From the NCBI GenBank assembly GCA_963713825.1, contig CAVQNG010000005.1, positions 384,001-448,000 on the forward strand: a stretch of DNA of 64,000 nucleotides. The letters run 5' to 3'. A program made the translations under genes and the position numbers. Positions 27,256-36,476 of the stretch are shown piece by piece. Origin of the DNA: an uncultured Acidobacteriota bacterium (GTDB lineage Bacteria; Acidobacteriota; Thermoanaerobaculia; Multivoradales; JAHEKO01). The notes under the pieces are model-generated. The model was not told the DNA's origin and did no database searches. It saw nothing but the letters and a program-made list of their open reading frames with translations. Numbering within the stretch: the first letter of the stretch is position 1; the number at the start of each line of letters is the position of its first letter.

Positions 27256-27948
27256 TCAATCGGTGCGCAGCTCCACGATCTCGAGCTCTTGCCGGAGCTT
27301 GACGAGACAGCGGGCTGGGTAGACTCCCGAGCGGAGCTGGACCCCGGGATAGATCTGGCTGCCACGGCCGACAATGACCCCTGGGAACAGCACGCAGTTG
27401 CATCCCGTCAGGACTCCATCGCCGAGCACAGCGCCGAGCTTGCGCCGTCCCGTGTCCAGTAGGGCATCGCCATAGGGGATCACGACTGAGCGTCCATCAT
27501 GGCGCAGGTTCGAAAGCACGCTACCGGCACCGAGATTGACGCCGCTGCCAAGAATCGAGTCGCCCACGTAGCTCAGGTGAGGCGCTTTGGCCCCAGCCAG
27601 AAAGATGGACCGTTTGACTTCCGTGTTGGCGCCTACGACGCAGTTGTCTCCGATCCAATTCCCGCCTCGTAGGTAGGCACCGGTGCGAATCACCACGTCG
27701 CGCCCAATGTAGATCGGTCCTTCGATCAGCGCGCCCGGCTGAATGCGCGCGCCGGGCCCGATGACGATTCGATCTCCCAAGAGGTGCACCTCGGGTGACA
27801 GTGGGCTGTCGATGGCACTGGAGGGTAGCCCTTCGAGGGCCTGGTCGAGGCCCGTCCCGAGCAGATCCCAGGGGGCGTCGGGATTGTAGGTCTCCTGAAA
27901 GCTCGGCGGCAGATCGGTGAAGAGCGGCGGCAGCGGGGAAGAATTCAT
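27256..27948 (-). CDS. GlmU-related hexapeptide-repeat acetyltransferase (stand-alone left-handed beta-helix)
   Basis: Motifs IEGPIYIG, GAYLRG, EVKRSI, HLSYVGDSILG, NLGAG and TGRRKLGAVLGD. No nucleotidyltransferase domain. Confidence 0.85.
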   Translation of the reverse strand: MNSSPLPPLFTDLPPSFQETYNPDAPWDLLGTGLDQALEGLPSSAIDSPLSPEVHLLGDRIVIGPGARIQPGALIEGPIYIGRDVVIRTGAYLRGGNWIGDNCVVGANTEVKRSIFLAGAKAPHLSYVGDSILGSGVNLGAGSVLSNLRHDGRSVVIPYGDALLDTGRRKLGAVLGDGVLTGCNCVLFPGVIVGRGSQIYPGVQLRSGVYPARCLVKLRQELEIVELRTD

Positions 27949-27954
27949 CCAACG

Positions 27955-27960
27955 ATTATA
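27955..27960 (-). promoter_or_regulatory. consensus -10 (TATAAT) 6 nt before the start codon, probable leaderless promoter
   Basis: Minus strand reads TATAAT-CGTTGG-ATG. Confidence 0.6.
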
Positions 27961-27992
27961 GGGCCGACCTGGGCTGTAGACTTGGCCGTGTC

Positions 27993-28616
27993 ATGGGGCG
28001 ATACCGAACCCTTCCCAGGAAGTTCTTCCGACGCCCGGCCGAGGAGGTGGCGCCCGATCTGCTGGGTCGTTTCGTTGTCCGCGATTTCGAGGGCGAGCAG
28101 CTGGCGTTGCGAATCGTCGAGGTGGAGGCCTACCTGGGGGCCCGTGACCGGGCGAGTCATGCCTGGCGTGATCGTCGGACCGAGCGCAACGAGAGCCTCT
28201 TCGAAGCCGGGGGAGTGGCCTATGTCTATTTCATCTACGGCATGCACTTCTGCTTGAACGCGGTGACGGGCCCAAGAGGTCACGGCGCTGCCGTGTTGCT
28301 GCGCGCCGGCGAGCCTGTGCGCGGGGCCGCGGTCATGATCGAGAATCGGCAGTGGAAACGGACCCCTCGTCCCGGTGATCTCGCCGGCGGCCCTGGCAAA
28401 CTGTGCCAGGCCCTGAAGGTCGATCGCGCCTTCGATGGGTCCCCGCTGTGGCGCGGCGATCTGAGAGTCACCGCGGGCGAGCCGCCGACTGCGGGCGAAG
28501 TCGTCACCGGCCAACGGATCGGTATCGACTACGCCGGAGAGGCAGCGAAGTGGCCGCTACGCTTTGCGATGCGTGGTAATCGGCACGTTTCCCGGCCGCT
28601 GCCCTGGTCGAGGTAG
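27993..28616 (+). CDS. 3-methyladenine DNA glycosylase (AAG/MPG family)
   Basis: Motifs RIVEVEAY, DRASH, YVYFIYGMHFCLN, AVLLRA, GPGKLCQAL, RIGI and PLRF. Confidence 0.93.
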   Translation: MGRYRTLPRKFFRRPAEEVAPDLLGRFVVRDFEGEQLALRIVEVEAYLGARDRASHAWRDRRTERNESLFEAGGVAYVYFIYGMHFCLNAVTGPRGHGAAVLLRAGEPVRGAAVMIENRQWKRTPRPGDLAGGPGKLCQALKVDRAFDGSPLWRGDLRVTAGEPPTAGEVVTGQRIGIDYAGEAAKWPLRFAMRGNRHVSRPLPWSR

Positions 28617-28633
28617 CGAGACACTCGAGGGGA

Positions 28634-29779
28634 TCAGCTCTTTGGTGGATCCAGAGAAATGTGGCCAGCCTGGGACAGCTTCCAGAAAAGCACCTGCGCT
28701 TCGAGCGGCGGCACCGGCGTGATCTTCAGGATGGTCTGAATATCGTAGGTCCCGTTGACTCGCGTCAGGATGAAGCCCTGTTGGGGTGAGATGTCCAGGC
28801 TGTCGAGGGCGGTCGGGTCACAGTCGAGCGCCGGCACGGCCTTCATTTCGATGCCATCCTGTCGGATGGCGATGACGATTCTCTTCTCTGCCGCTTCGAC
28901 GGTCTTCTTGATGCGGTTGCTGTCGGGCTCGAGGTTCTGTGCCGCTCTCATGTGTCGGAGGGCGCGGCTGAACTCGCGATTCTCGATGTGCTGATCCGCG
29001 ATGCGCAGCAAGGCATCGGCATCGACAGTGTCATCGTGGTTGTTGGCCTGCGGCGCCTGTGGGGCTTCGACCGTCATCTGGCGTGGTCGGACAATCTTGA
29101 GAGTGCCCGCCCGGATCTGCTCGTACAGGACCCTGCAAACGTGAAACTCGCCGGAGTGCGTCTGCAGACCAATCTCCTGGATGGTGCGGTCGTCATCGAC
29201 CAGGGCGAGGATTTTCTCTACGCCGGGATCCCGTTCGGCGCTTCGCAACTCGCGGATGGCGACAGGAATAGCACTATTGTTCGGAATCCTGGCGCGAATC
29301 TGCTTCCATTCGTCGACTCTCTGATGGCCTTCCAGAACGACCGCGGTGACGCTCAGGGCCAGAGGCCACATGTGGTAGTCAGGCAGGTCGCCATCAGCGA
29401 AGCGGAACTCCCCCTCTGGCCAAGTGAAGATCTCGTAGATGCTCTCCTCGGCTTTGAGGCGCAGCATGCGGTCGAGGTCGGTCTCCGAGATGGCGCCGAT
29501 CGTCAGCAGGATCTTGCCGAGGAGCATCTTGTTTTCTTCCTGCATCTCCATGGCCTTGGCGAGGGTGAGCTCGTCGATGAACCCATGGCTGACCAGGAAG
29601 TGCCCGAGGTACTCTTTCGGGTCGCTGGCGGCGGAAGAGACGATCGTCCCCTCCTCGAAGAAGATCTGCTTTTCGACTTTGCCGTTGTTGATGTGCAGAG
29701 TCCCGCTCTTGCGGCCCTGAGAGAGCCACTGCAGAAGCTCGGCGAGCTCCATCGTCTTTAAATTACCAGTGATGCTCAT
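28634..29779 (-). CDS. DUF4388 domain protein with TPR-like segment
   Basis: N-terminal GNLKTMELAELLQWLSQGRKSGTL, LGHFLV and FTWPEGEFRF, followed by a TPR-like helix pair and a wHTH-like tail. Confidence 0.8.
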   Translation of the reverse strand: MSITGNLKTMELAELLQWLSQGRKSGTLHINNGKVEKQIFFEEGTIVSSAASDPKEYLGHFLVSHGFIDELTLAKAMEMQEENKMLLGKILLTIGAISETDLDRMLRLKAEESIYEIFTWPEGEFRFADGDLPDYHMWPLALSVTAVVLEGHQRVDEWKQIRARIPNNSAIPVAIRELRSAERDPGVEKILALVDDDRTIQEIGLQTHSGEFHVCRVLYEQIRAGTLKIVRPRQMTVEAPQAPQANNHDDTVDADALLRIADQHIENREFSRALRHMRAAQNLEPDSNRIKKTVEAAEKRIVIAIRQDGIEMKAVPALDCDPTALDSLDISPQQGFILTRVNGTYDIQTILKITPVPPLEAQVLFWKLSQAGHISLDPPKS

Positions 29780-29881
29780 GGCGACTGCGCCCGCTCGATT
29801 ATAGGCACGGTTCGCTACGCTACTCAGTGGAAGCAGTCACCCTCTGGTGGAGCCCGCAACAGGCCGTTTTCGGGCTCGGTC

Positions 29882-30865
29882 CTATTGGAAGTGGACCGGG
29901 GTGTGAACGTCCTCCCGATGGATCGTGTCGACGAACCGGATGAGGCCTCTCGACAGCGACATGTAGAGGCTGTGGGTTCGAAAGCCCTTGCCGAAAAAGC
30001 GCACGCCACGCAGAAGCTGCCCGTCCGTGACCCCACTGCAGCAAAAAAGGAGGTCTTTGCCAGGTGCCAGCTCCTCGGTACTGTAGATCTTATCGAGGTC
30101 GGTGATGCCCAGCTTGTCCGCGCGGGCTTGCTGCTTATCGTCCAGGGGCGTCAGTCGAGCCTGGATCTCTCCTCCCAGGCAGCGCATGGCGGCCGCGGTG
30201 ATAACGCCTTCGGGCGCTCCGCCGATCCCCATCACCGCATGGACTCCGGTGCCTCTGACAGCTGCCGTGATGCCAGCGGACAGGTCGCCATCGCCAATCA
30301 GATTGATGCGAGCCCCTGCCTCGCGGATATCGCTGATCAGCTGACGATGGCGTTCCCGCTCCAGGACGACAACCGTGAGGTCTTCGATGTCTCTTTCGAA
30401 GGAGTCGGCAATCTGCCTGAGGTTCTCGGCCACGGGTGCATCGAGATGCACCTTGCCCCGGGCTGTCGGCCCGACGACGATCTTGTCCATATAGATGTCC
30501 GGTGCATGCAGCAGGCCGCCCCGCTCCGAGGCCGCCATGACGGCAATCGCACCGGCGGTGCCGAAAGCGCAGAGGTTCGTACCCTCCAGGGGATCGACGG
30601 CGAAGTCGACGCCTACCGCATCCTCCTGACCCTTACAGGCTCCGACCTCTTCGCCGACGAAGAGCATGGGCGCTTCGTCTCTCTCACCTTCTCCGATGAC
30701 GACTCGTCCGGCGATCTCGAGCTCGTCGAGGGTCCTGCGCATTGCCTCGACCGCGACTCGGTCGGATTCGTTGCGGTCTCCCCAGCCCATGGTTTGGGCG
30801 GCGGCGACGGCGGCCTCTTCAGTGACCTTGATAAACGCCAGTTCGAAATCGGTGTCTACGGACAT
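29882..30865 (-). CDS. glpX: fructose-1,6-bisphosphatase class II
   Basis: Motifs [43 protein letters not shown] and GVTDG. AGGAG RBS before the ATG at 30865. Confidence 0.94.
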   Translation of the reverse strand: MSVDTDFELAFIKVTEEAAVAAAQTMGWGDRNESDRVAVEAMRRTLDELEIAGRVVIGEGERDEAPMLFVGEEVGACKGQEDAVGVDFAVDPLEGTNLCAFGTAGAIAVMAASERGGLLHAPDIYMDKIVVGPTARGKVHLDAPVAENLRQIADSFERDIEDLTVVVLERERHRQLISDIREAGARINLIGDGDLSAGITAAVRGTGVHAVMGIGGAPEGVITAAAMRCLGGEIQARLTPLDDKQQARADKLGITDLDKIYSTEELAPGKDLLFCCSGVTDGQLLRGVRFFGKGFRTHSLYMSLSRGLIRFVDTIHREDVHTPVHFQ

Positions 30866-30897
30866 GGGGAGTCTCCTGGGTTTGAAGTCGTTCGCGC

Positions 30898-32085
30898 TCA
30901 AGGGTTCTCGATAGGTGGATTGTAGGACGGGATGCCAGTGATTGTCTCGCCGATCACCAGGCCATGGATGTCGTGCGTTCCCTCGTAGGTGTAGACCGAT
31001 TCGAGGTTCAGCATGTGGCGGATGACGGGATAGTCATCGACGATGCCGTTGGCGCCGAGAAGCTCTCGGGCCAGGCGTGCACACTCGCGCGCCACCCAGA
31101 CGTTGTTGCGCTTCGCCAGCGACACATGGAAGTGTTTGAGCCTACCCCTGTCCTTGAGTTGGGCCGCCTGGTAGGCGATGAACTGACCCTTGGTGATCTC
31201 GCTCACCATCCAGACGAGCTTTTCCTGCACGAGTTGATGGGATGCCAACGGCCGACCGCCGAACTGGACCCGGTTCTTGGTGTACTCGAGGGCGGTGTAG
31301 TAGCACTCCATAGCGGCTCCGAGGGCTCCCCAGGCGATGCCGTATCGGGCCTCGTTGAGGCACATCAGGGCATTCCTGACTCCTTCGGTCTTCGGGAGGA
31401 GATTCTCGGCCGGGATGCGGCAGTCGAGAAAGCCCAGCTCGGAGGTCACAGATGCCCGAAGAGAGAACTTGCCGTGCTGGTCACGAGCCGTGAACCCCGG
31501 AGTTCCTTTTTCCACCAGGAAACCCCGGATGCCTTCCTCCGTTCGCGCCCAGACCACTGCCACATCGGCCAGAGAGCCGTTGGTGATCCACTGCTTGGCA
31601 CCGTTGAGGACCCAGGAGTCCCCATCCCGTTGGGCGGTGGTTCGCATACCACTCGGATTGGAGCCGTAGTCGGGTTCGGTCAATCCGAAGCAGCCGATGG
31701 CTTCGCCCGAGGCCAGGGCCGGAATCCAGCGATGCCGTTGCGCCTGGGAGCCGAAAGTGTAGATCGGGTACATCACCAGGCCGCTTTGCACGGAAGCGCA
31801 GCTTCGCAGCCCGGAGTCGCCCCGCTCCAACTCCTGCATGACGAGCCCGTAGGCAACGCCTTTGAGTCCTGGGAGCCCGTACTCGTCGAGGCTGGCGCCG
31901 AAGAGTTGCAGGTCGCCGATCGCGGGGATCAGCTCGATGGGGAATCGAGCCTCGCGATGGCACTCTTCGATGATCGGTTTGACTCGAGCCTCGACAAACG
32001 CCCTGACCGTCTCTCTCGTCAGGCGCTCGTCGTCGCTGAGAAGAGAATCGAAGTCCAGAAAATCAACACCCGGGAACCGGCTCAA
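30898..32085 (-). CDS. glutaryl-CoA dehydrogenase-like acyl-CoA dehydrogenase
   Basis: Motifs [59 protein letters not shown] and TYEGTHDIH. Confidence 0.88.
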   Translation of the reverse strand: MSRFPGVDFLDFDSLLSDDERLTRETVRAFVEARVKPIIEECHREARFPIELIPAIGDLQLFGASLDEYGLPGLKGVAYGLVMQELERGDSGLRSCASVQSGLVMYPIYTFGSQAQRHRWIPALASGEAIGCFGLTEPDYGSNPSGMRTTAQRDGDSWVLNGAKQWITNGSLADVAVVWARTEEGIRGFLVEKGTPGFTARDQHGKFSLRASVTSELGFLDCRIPAENLLPKTEGVRNALMCLNEARYGIAWGALGAAMECYYTALEYTKNRVQFGGRPLASHQLVQEKLVWMVSEITKGQFIAYQAAQLKDRGRLKHFHVSLAKRNNVWVARECARLARELLGANGIVDDYPVIRHMLNLESVYTYEGTHDIHGLVIGETITGIPSYNPPIENP

Positions 32086-32206
32086 ATGAGTTCTCCATCA
32101 GCTGAGATTTGATCCAACGACGCTCTCGGGCTCGACCGAAGTTGTCGACACCCGGGGTGGCAGCGATGTTAGCACGCTGCTTCGGCGGGCCGCGGCTTGC
32201 AGTAAG

Positions 32207-33157
32207 ATGCCGAGCTATGCTTCTCGAAGCCCGCTGGAGGGGCCGATCTTGTCGGTCCTGAGGTTCGCGATCCCACCGGTTCTAGCCCTGCTCACGGCGT
32301 TCTACTTCGACCAGGAGTGTTGGCGCAGAGGCCTCTTGCCGCCTGGGTTCGGAGGTGCGTCAGACGTCGAAGGCCGGGTCTGGAATCCAGGCATCGTGCG
32401 TCGTAGCCTGGCGCTCACTTGTTTGTGGGGTGTCTTTTGGATCGGGGTCTTTTCACCCCTGGCCACACTGGGGCAGGCCACCGAGTTGGATCTGTCGGCC
32501 GTCAGCACTCCGCAGCTGTTCCTCCTGCATCTCCTCTTTGTCCTGGTCATGATGGTCTGGTACGTCCTGGGATTCGCCGGCCAACCGGGCTTCGGTATCG
32601 CCGGCAAGAATGGTTGGGTTGCCCAGTTCGGTCTCAGAGCCACATCGGTGTGGCGTGAGATCGGTCTCGGGCTGGTCGTCGGAGTCGGGGCCTGGTTTGT
32701 GGTGCTGGTCGCGATGACGCTCCTGGCGCTGATGTTGTGGTGGTTGGGAGGGGCCGAGCTCCTGCCGACCGAGCCCCCATCCGTGGTGCCTTGGATCGCG
32801 GCCCTTCCCATTGCGGTCCGCTTGCTGGTCAGCCTTTCGGCGGGGGTAGTGGAGGAGTCCTTCTTTCGTGGCCTTCTCCAGCCACGGTTTGGGATCCTGA
32901 TGTCCACAGCTCTCTTTGTTCTGGCCCACGCCAGCTATGAGCAGCCCTTGATGCTCGTCGGTATTACACTTCTATCCCTGATCTACGGCTTTCTCGTGGT
33001 GTGGCGGCAGTCGATCTGGGCGGCCATGGCGGCGCACACACTCTTCGATGCCATGCAGCTTCTCGTGATCATCCCGTGGGCCTTGCAGATGCTCGAGGAA
33101 GGCGGTCCGGGTATCCCCATACCGGTTGCGGCGGCCCTTGCTGCGCTGGGATCCTGA
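32207..33157 (+). CDS. CPBP (Abi/CAAX) family intramembrane metalloprotease
   Basis: Multiple TMs with motifs EESFFRG, FVLAH and AHTLFD. Start uncertain. Confidence 0.85.
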   Translation: MPSYASRSPLEGPILSVLRFAIPPVLALLTAFYFDQECWRRGLLPPGFGGASDVEGRVWNPGIVRRSLALTCLWGVFWIGVFSPLATLGQATELDLSAVSTPQLFLLHLLFVLVMMVWYVLGFAGQPGFGIAGKNGWVAQFGLRATSVWREIGLGLVVGVGAWFVVLVAMTLLALMLWWLGGAELLPTEPPSVVPWIAALPIAVRLLVSLSAGVVEESFFRGLLQPRFGILMSTALFVLAHASYEQPLMLVGITLLSLIYGFLVVWRQSIWAAMAAHTLFDAMQLLVIIPWALQMLEEGGPGIPIPVAAALAALGS

Positions 33158-33198
33158 AGCCGGGCCCCATCTGCTAGACTGCGCCGCGGATCAAAATC

Positions 33199-33666
33199 AT
33201 GATGAAGTCGGAACCCAAGGTTCACGTCGAGGTCGAGAGCCGTCTGGAGAACGTCGAGTTGGTCCAGATTGCGATCGAGTCCTCGCTGGCACAGCTCGAC
33301 CTGAGCGAGGACGATGCTCACCAGATTGGCACTTCGATTCGGGAGGCCGTGGCCAACGCCATCAAGCACGGCAACCGCGGCGACGTCAGCAAGCTGGTCA
33401 AAGTGGAACTGGGTATCGACAACGGAGATCTGCTGATCCGCGTCCACGATCAGGGTGTCGGATTCGACGAGGACGGAGTGCCGAATCCTCTCGAGCCCGA
33501 AAACCTGCTGCGGCGCAATGGCCGAGGCATACTCCTGATGAAGCAGTACATGGATCAAATCGAGTACACTTTTCAGCCAGAGAACGGCACCGTCTTGGAG
33601 ATGCGCAAGGAGTTGGCGGTGCTGCGATCGAATTCCGCAAAGCAACAAGAGGAGGAGAAGCAATGA
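33199..33666 (+). CDS. RsbW-like anti-sigma factor / Ser kinase (HATPase_c)
   Basis: Motifs EAVANAIKHGN, DQGVGF and GRGILLM. Extended -10-like TGCTAGACT at 33172-33180. Confidence 0.9.
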   Translation: MMKSEPKVHVEVESRLENVELVQIAIESSLAQLDLSEDDAHQIGTSIREAVANAIKHGNRGDVSKLVKVELGIDNGDLLIRVHDQGVGFDEDGVPNPLEPENLLRRNGRGILLMKQYMDQIEYTFQPENGTVLEMRKELAVLRSNSAKQQEEEKQ

Positions 33667-34004
33667 AGATTCCGGCCCGACATCGACAAGGCATCACAAT
33701 TCTCGAGCCGAAGGGCAAGATCACGATCGGCGTAGGAGATGTGGCGCTTCGCGAAGCGGTGCATGAAGCCCTCGAGGCGGGGTCCACCAAGATCCTCATC
33801 AATCTGAAAGATGTGAGCACCATCGATTCTTCGGGCATCGGAGAGTTGGTCTCGGCCTACACTTCGGTGACCAACCGTGGCGGCGCCCTGCGACTACTGC
33901 ACCTGCCGCCCAAGGTCCAGGACATCCTGCAGATCACCCAGCTGGTAACGGTCTTCGAGGTGCTGGACGACGAAGAGGAAGCGGTCGCGAGCTTCGCTGA
34001 CTGA
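33663..34004 (+). CDS. RsbV/SpoIIAA-like STAS anti-anti-sigma factor
   Basis: ATGA overlap, GGAGAAG RBS, and IDSSGIGELV phospho-Ser motif. Confidence 0.9.
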   Translation: MKIPARHRQGITILEPKGKITIGVGDVALREAVHEALEAGSTKILINLKDVSTIDSSGIGELVSAYTSVTNRGGALRLLHLPPKVQDILQITQLVTVFEVLDDEEEAVASFAD

Positions 34005-34062
34005 GAGGTCGCTGGTTCCGAGCCGGCGGACTCTTCCCAGGCTGTGGAGCTCATCGCTCGAC

Positions 34063-35247
34063 ATGCCTTTTTGTAGCTTCGACAGGCCCCACGACAGGCG
34101 GTGCTCACCTGCTTTCGGCAGGTGGCCATTCAGGCGGTGGTGCACCTGCCTGATCGTGGTGTCGTTCTGCCTCGCGTCGGCTACCCTGCTGGGTGCACAG
34201 GTACCTGACAGGGAAGCCGAGCTGGAGGCCATTCGGGACCAGATCATGGTCCTGCAATCGAGGCTCAATCGAGTCAGCCAGGAGGAACAGGGTCTGCGCG
34301 GCGAGGTGGAGCGAACAGTAGTAGCCCTGGCGCTCCAGGAGAAGCGAGTCGAAGAGGCGCGAACGGCTCGCTTGTTGGCCGCAGACTCTCTCGCAGCAGT
34401 TGGGGAAGAAGTCGCGACCCTGGAAGCCTCGCTCGAGAAGCTCCGGGCGGAGCTGAAGCAGAGCCTGGCCGATCTTTATCGGCTGGGTCAGCAAGGTTAC
34501 GTAAGGCTCTTCCTGTCAATTCGTTCGACGGACGATCTGCTACCTGGGATACGACATATGCGCTTTTTTGTGCGGCGGGACAGTGAGTTGCTGAACGCCT
34601 ATCTCGAGACCCATACCGAACTGGCATTCCAGCAGGAGCAGGCGTCGGAGCACCGAGCCGAGGTCGAAGACTGGTTGGGCCGTGAGTCGACGCGACTCGA
34701 TGAGCTCGGCCGGCTCCAGAAGCGGCAGAAGATCCTTCTCGCCCGCCTCGAGACGGAGCGGCAGAGCCTTACAGTCCAGACCGCAGAGCTGAGCGACAAG
34801 GAACGAAAGCTGTCGAACTTTCTGGATTTCTTGTACGGCCGCACGCCAACGCCGTTGAGCGGAGCGCCAGTGCAGAACTTCAAGGGTGTGCTGGACTGGC
34901 CGATCAAGGCCAGGGTCGAGCGTGGTTTCGGGCCGCGGCTGGACCCGATGTACGGTACTCGGGTACCCCACAACGGCCTCGACCTGGCGACCGCTATGGG
35001 CGCCGAGGTGAGGGTGGTCTACCCCGGCAAGGTGTTGTTCGCGGCTCCCTTTCAGGGCTATGGCCTGACGGCCGTCGTCCACCATCCAGGGCGTGTTTTT
35101 TCGCTCTATGCCGGCCTCGAGGCGCTCAAGGTCGGCACCGGCGATGTGCTATCGTTGGGCCAGGTCATCGGCATCGCCACAGATTCTCTCTACTTCGAGA
35201 TCCGCGAAGAAAACCGGCCGGTCGACCCAGCGCAATGGCTGCGCTGA
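34063..35247 (+). CDS. EnvC-like coiled-coil / M23 (LytM) domain murein hydrolase activator
   Basis: Signal-like segment, long coiled coil, LDWP, HNGLD, GKVLFA, GYG and LYFEIR..PVDP. The second Zn-His is replaced (SLYAGL). Start uncertain. Confidence 0.85.
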   Translation: MPFCSFDRPHDRRCSPAFGRWPFRRWCTCLIVVSFCLASATLLGAQVPDREAELEAIRDQIMVLQSRLNRVSQEEQGLRGEVERTVVALALQEKRVEEARTARLLAADSLAAVGEEVATLEASLEKLRAELKQSLADLYRLGQQGYVRLFLSIRSTDDLLPGIRHMRFFVRRDSELLNAYLETHTELAFQQEQASEHRAEVEDWLGRESTRLDELGRLQKRQKILLARLETERQSLTVQTAELSDKERKLSNFLDFLYGRTPTPLSGAPVQNFKGVLDWPIKARVERGFGPRLDPMYGTRVPHNGLDLATAMGAEVRVVYPGKVLFAAPFQGYGLTAVVHHPGRVFSLYAGLEALKVGTGDVLSLGQVIGIATDSLYFEIREENRPVDPAQWLR

Positions 35248-35270
35248 CCGGTATCGGGTGAGGATTTCCC

Positions 35271-36449
35271 ATGAATCGAAGTCGCATTCTCTTCTTTCTC
35301 TTCTCGCTGGCAGTGCTGCTGCCGATCATCTCTGGGACTCTGTCCCGGGCTGCAACCGACCAGCCGGCGGACGACGACGCGCTGTCGAAGCACCTCTCGG
35401 TGTTCTCCGAGGTGATGTCTCTCATTCGCCGGGCCTATGTCGAAGAGACCTCGATCGACGAGCTGCTGGCAGGGGCTCTGGAAGGCGCCACCGACGCGCT
35501 GGATCCGCTCTCCACCTTTGTGCCGGCGGACTCCCTCGGAGCGTACAGGGAAGTCCGCGAGATCGGGCGCGACCACAGCGGCTTGACGGTCGGCAAGGAG
35601 AGGGGAATCGCTTTCGTGATCGCTGTCGAGTCGGGCAGTCCTGGGGCAGCAGCGGGTCTGGAAGTAGGCGACATCCTGGCCGAGATCGATGGCCGGTCGA
35701 CGCGTGGCATCCCCCTGTGGGAGCTGCAGTCGGTCCTGGCGCAAGACCCGGGCTCCGAGTTGAATCTGGAGATTCTGCGGCGAGGACAATCCCGAGAGTT
35801 GACCCTGAACCTCGAGACCTATGAACCGTCAGAGCCGACCCTCGAAGACCTCGAGGGTGTGGCCGTGTTGCGGCTGAGTCGAATCGAGCCGGAAACAGTC
35901 GAAACCTTACGGGAAGTTCTTCAAGACCTCACTCAGTCGGGCCAGAGCAAACTACTGATCGATTTGCGCGGGCTGGCCGGGGGCAGCAGTGAAGCCGCCT
36001 ATGCCATCGCCGGTCTGTTCGCCAGCGGCGAGCTGGGCCATCTGCAGGGTGGCGAAGGCGCGGAGGTGCGTTTCGAAGGCCTCGAGACCTCTGCCTGGGC
36101 TGGCGACACCGTGGTGCTGGTCAATGCGGGGACTCAGGGTCCGGCGGAGATTCTGGCCGCTGTCCTGCGGCAGCGGTCCGAAGCCCAATTGGTTGGGCAG
36201 CGCAGCTTCGGCCTGGCTGGGCATCAGAGGCTCGTACCTCTGTCCGATGGTTCGGGTGTCCTCCTCACGGATGCCTACTACACCGGACCGGACGGCGAGC
36301 CGATCTCGACGAGCCTGGTCCCGGACGTTGTGGTCACCGACCTGTTCCGAGCCGCCTCCGAGGATGACGAGGAAGCCGAGGACAAAACGCTGCAGCGCGG
36401 ACTCGAGGTGCTGGGCGAGGAAGAAATCGCGACCGAAGAAGTGGCCTGA
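35271..36449 (+). CDS. S41 (CtpA-like) PDZ protein lacking catalytic Ser/Lys
   Basis: Motifs LDPLS, PDZ (SPGAAAGLEVGD), IDLRGLAGG, VLVNAGTQGPAEIL, SFGLAGHQ, YYTGPDG and LVPD. Confidence 0.85.
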   Translation: MNRSRILFFLFSLAVLLPIISGTLSRAATDQPADDDALSKHLSVFSEVMSLIRRAYVEETSIDELLAGALEGATDALDPLSTFVPADSLGAYREVREIGRDHSGLTVGKERGIAFVIAVESGSPGAAAGLEVGDILAEIDGRSTRGIPLWELQSVLAQDPGSELNLEILRRGQSRELTLNLETYEPSEPTLEDLEGVAVLRLSRIEPETVETLREVLQDLTQSGQSKLLIDLRGLAGGSSEAAYAIAGLFASGELGHLQGGEGAEVRFEGLETSAWAGDTVVLVNAGTQGPAEILAAVLRQRSEAQLVGQRSFGLAGHQRLVPLSDGSGVLLTDAYYTGPDGEPISTSLVPDVVVTDLFRAASEDDEEAEDKTLQRGLEVLGEEEIATEEVA

Positions 36450-36476
36450 AGATCTCTCAGTGGGTCGGCAACCTGT

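Noticed and set aside
32160-32180. TTAGCAC within a small hairpin, resembling a CIRCE half-site
   Set aside because: The second half (GAGTGCTAA at N9) is absent and the adjacent genes are not chaperones.
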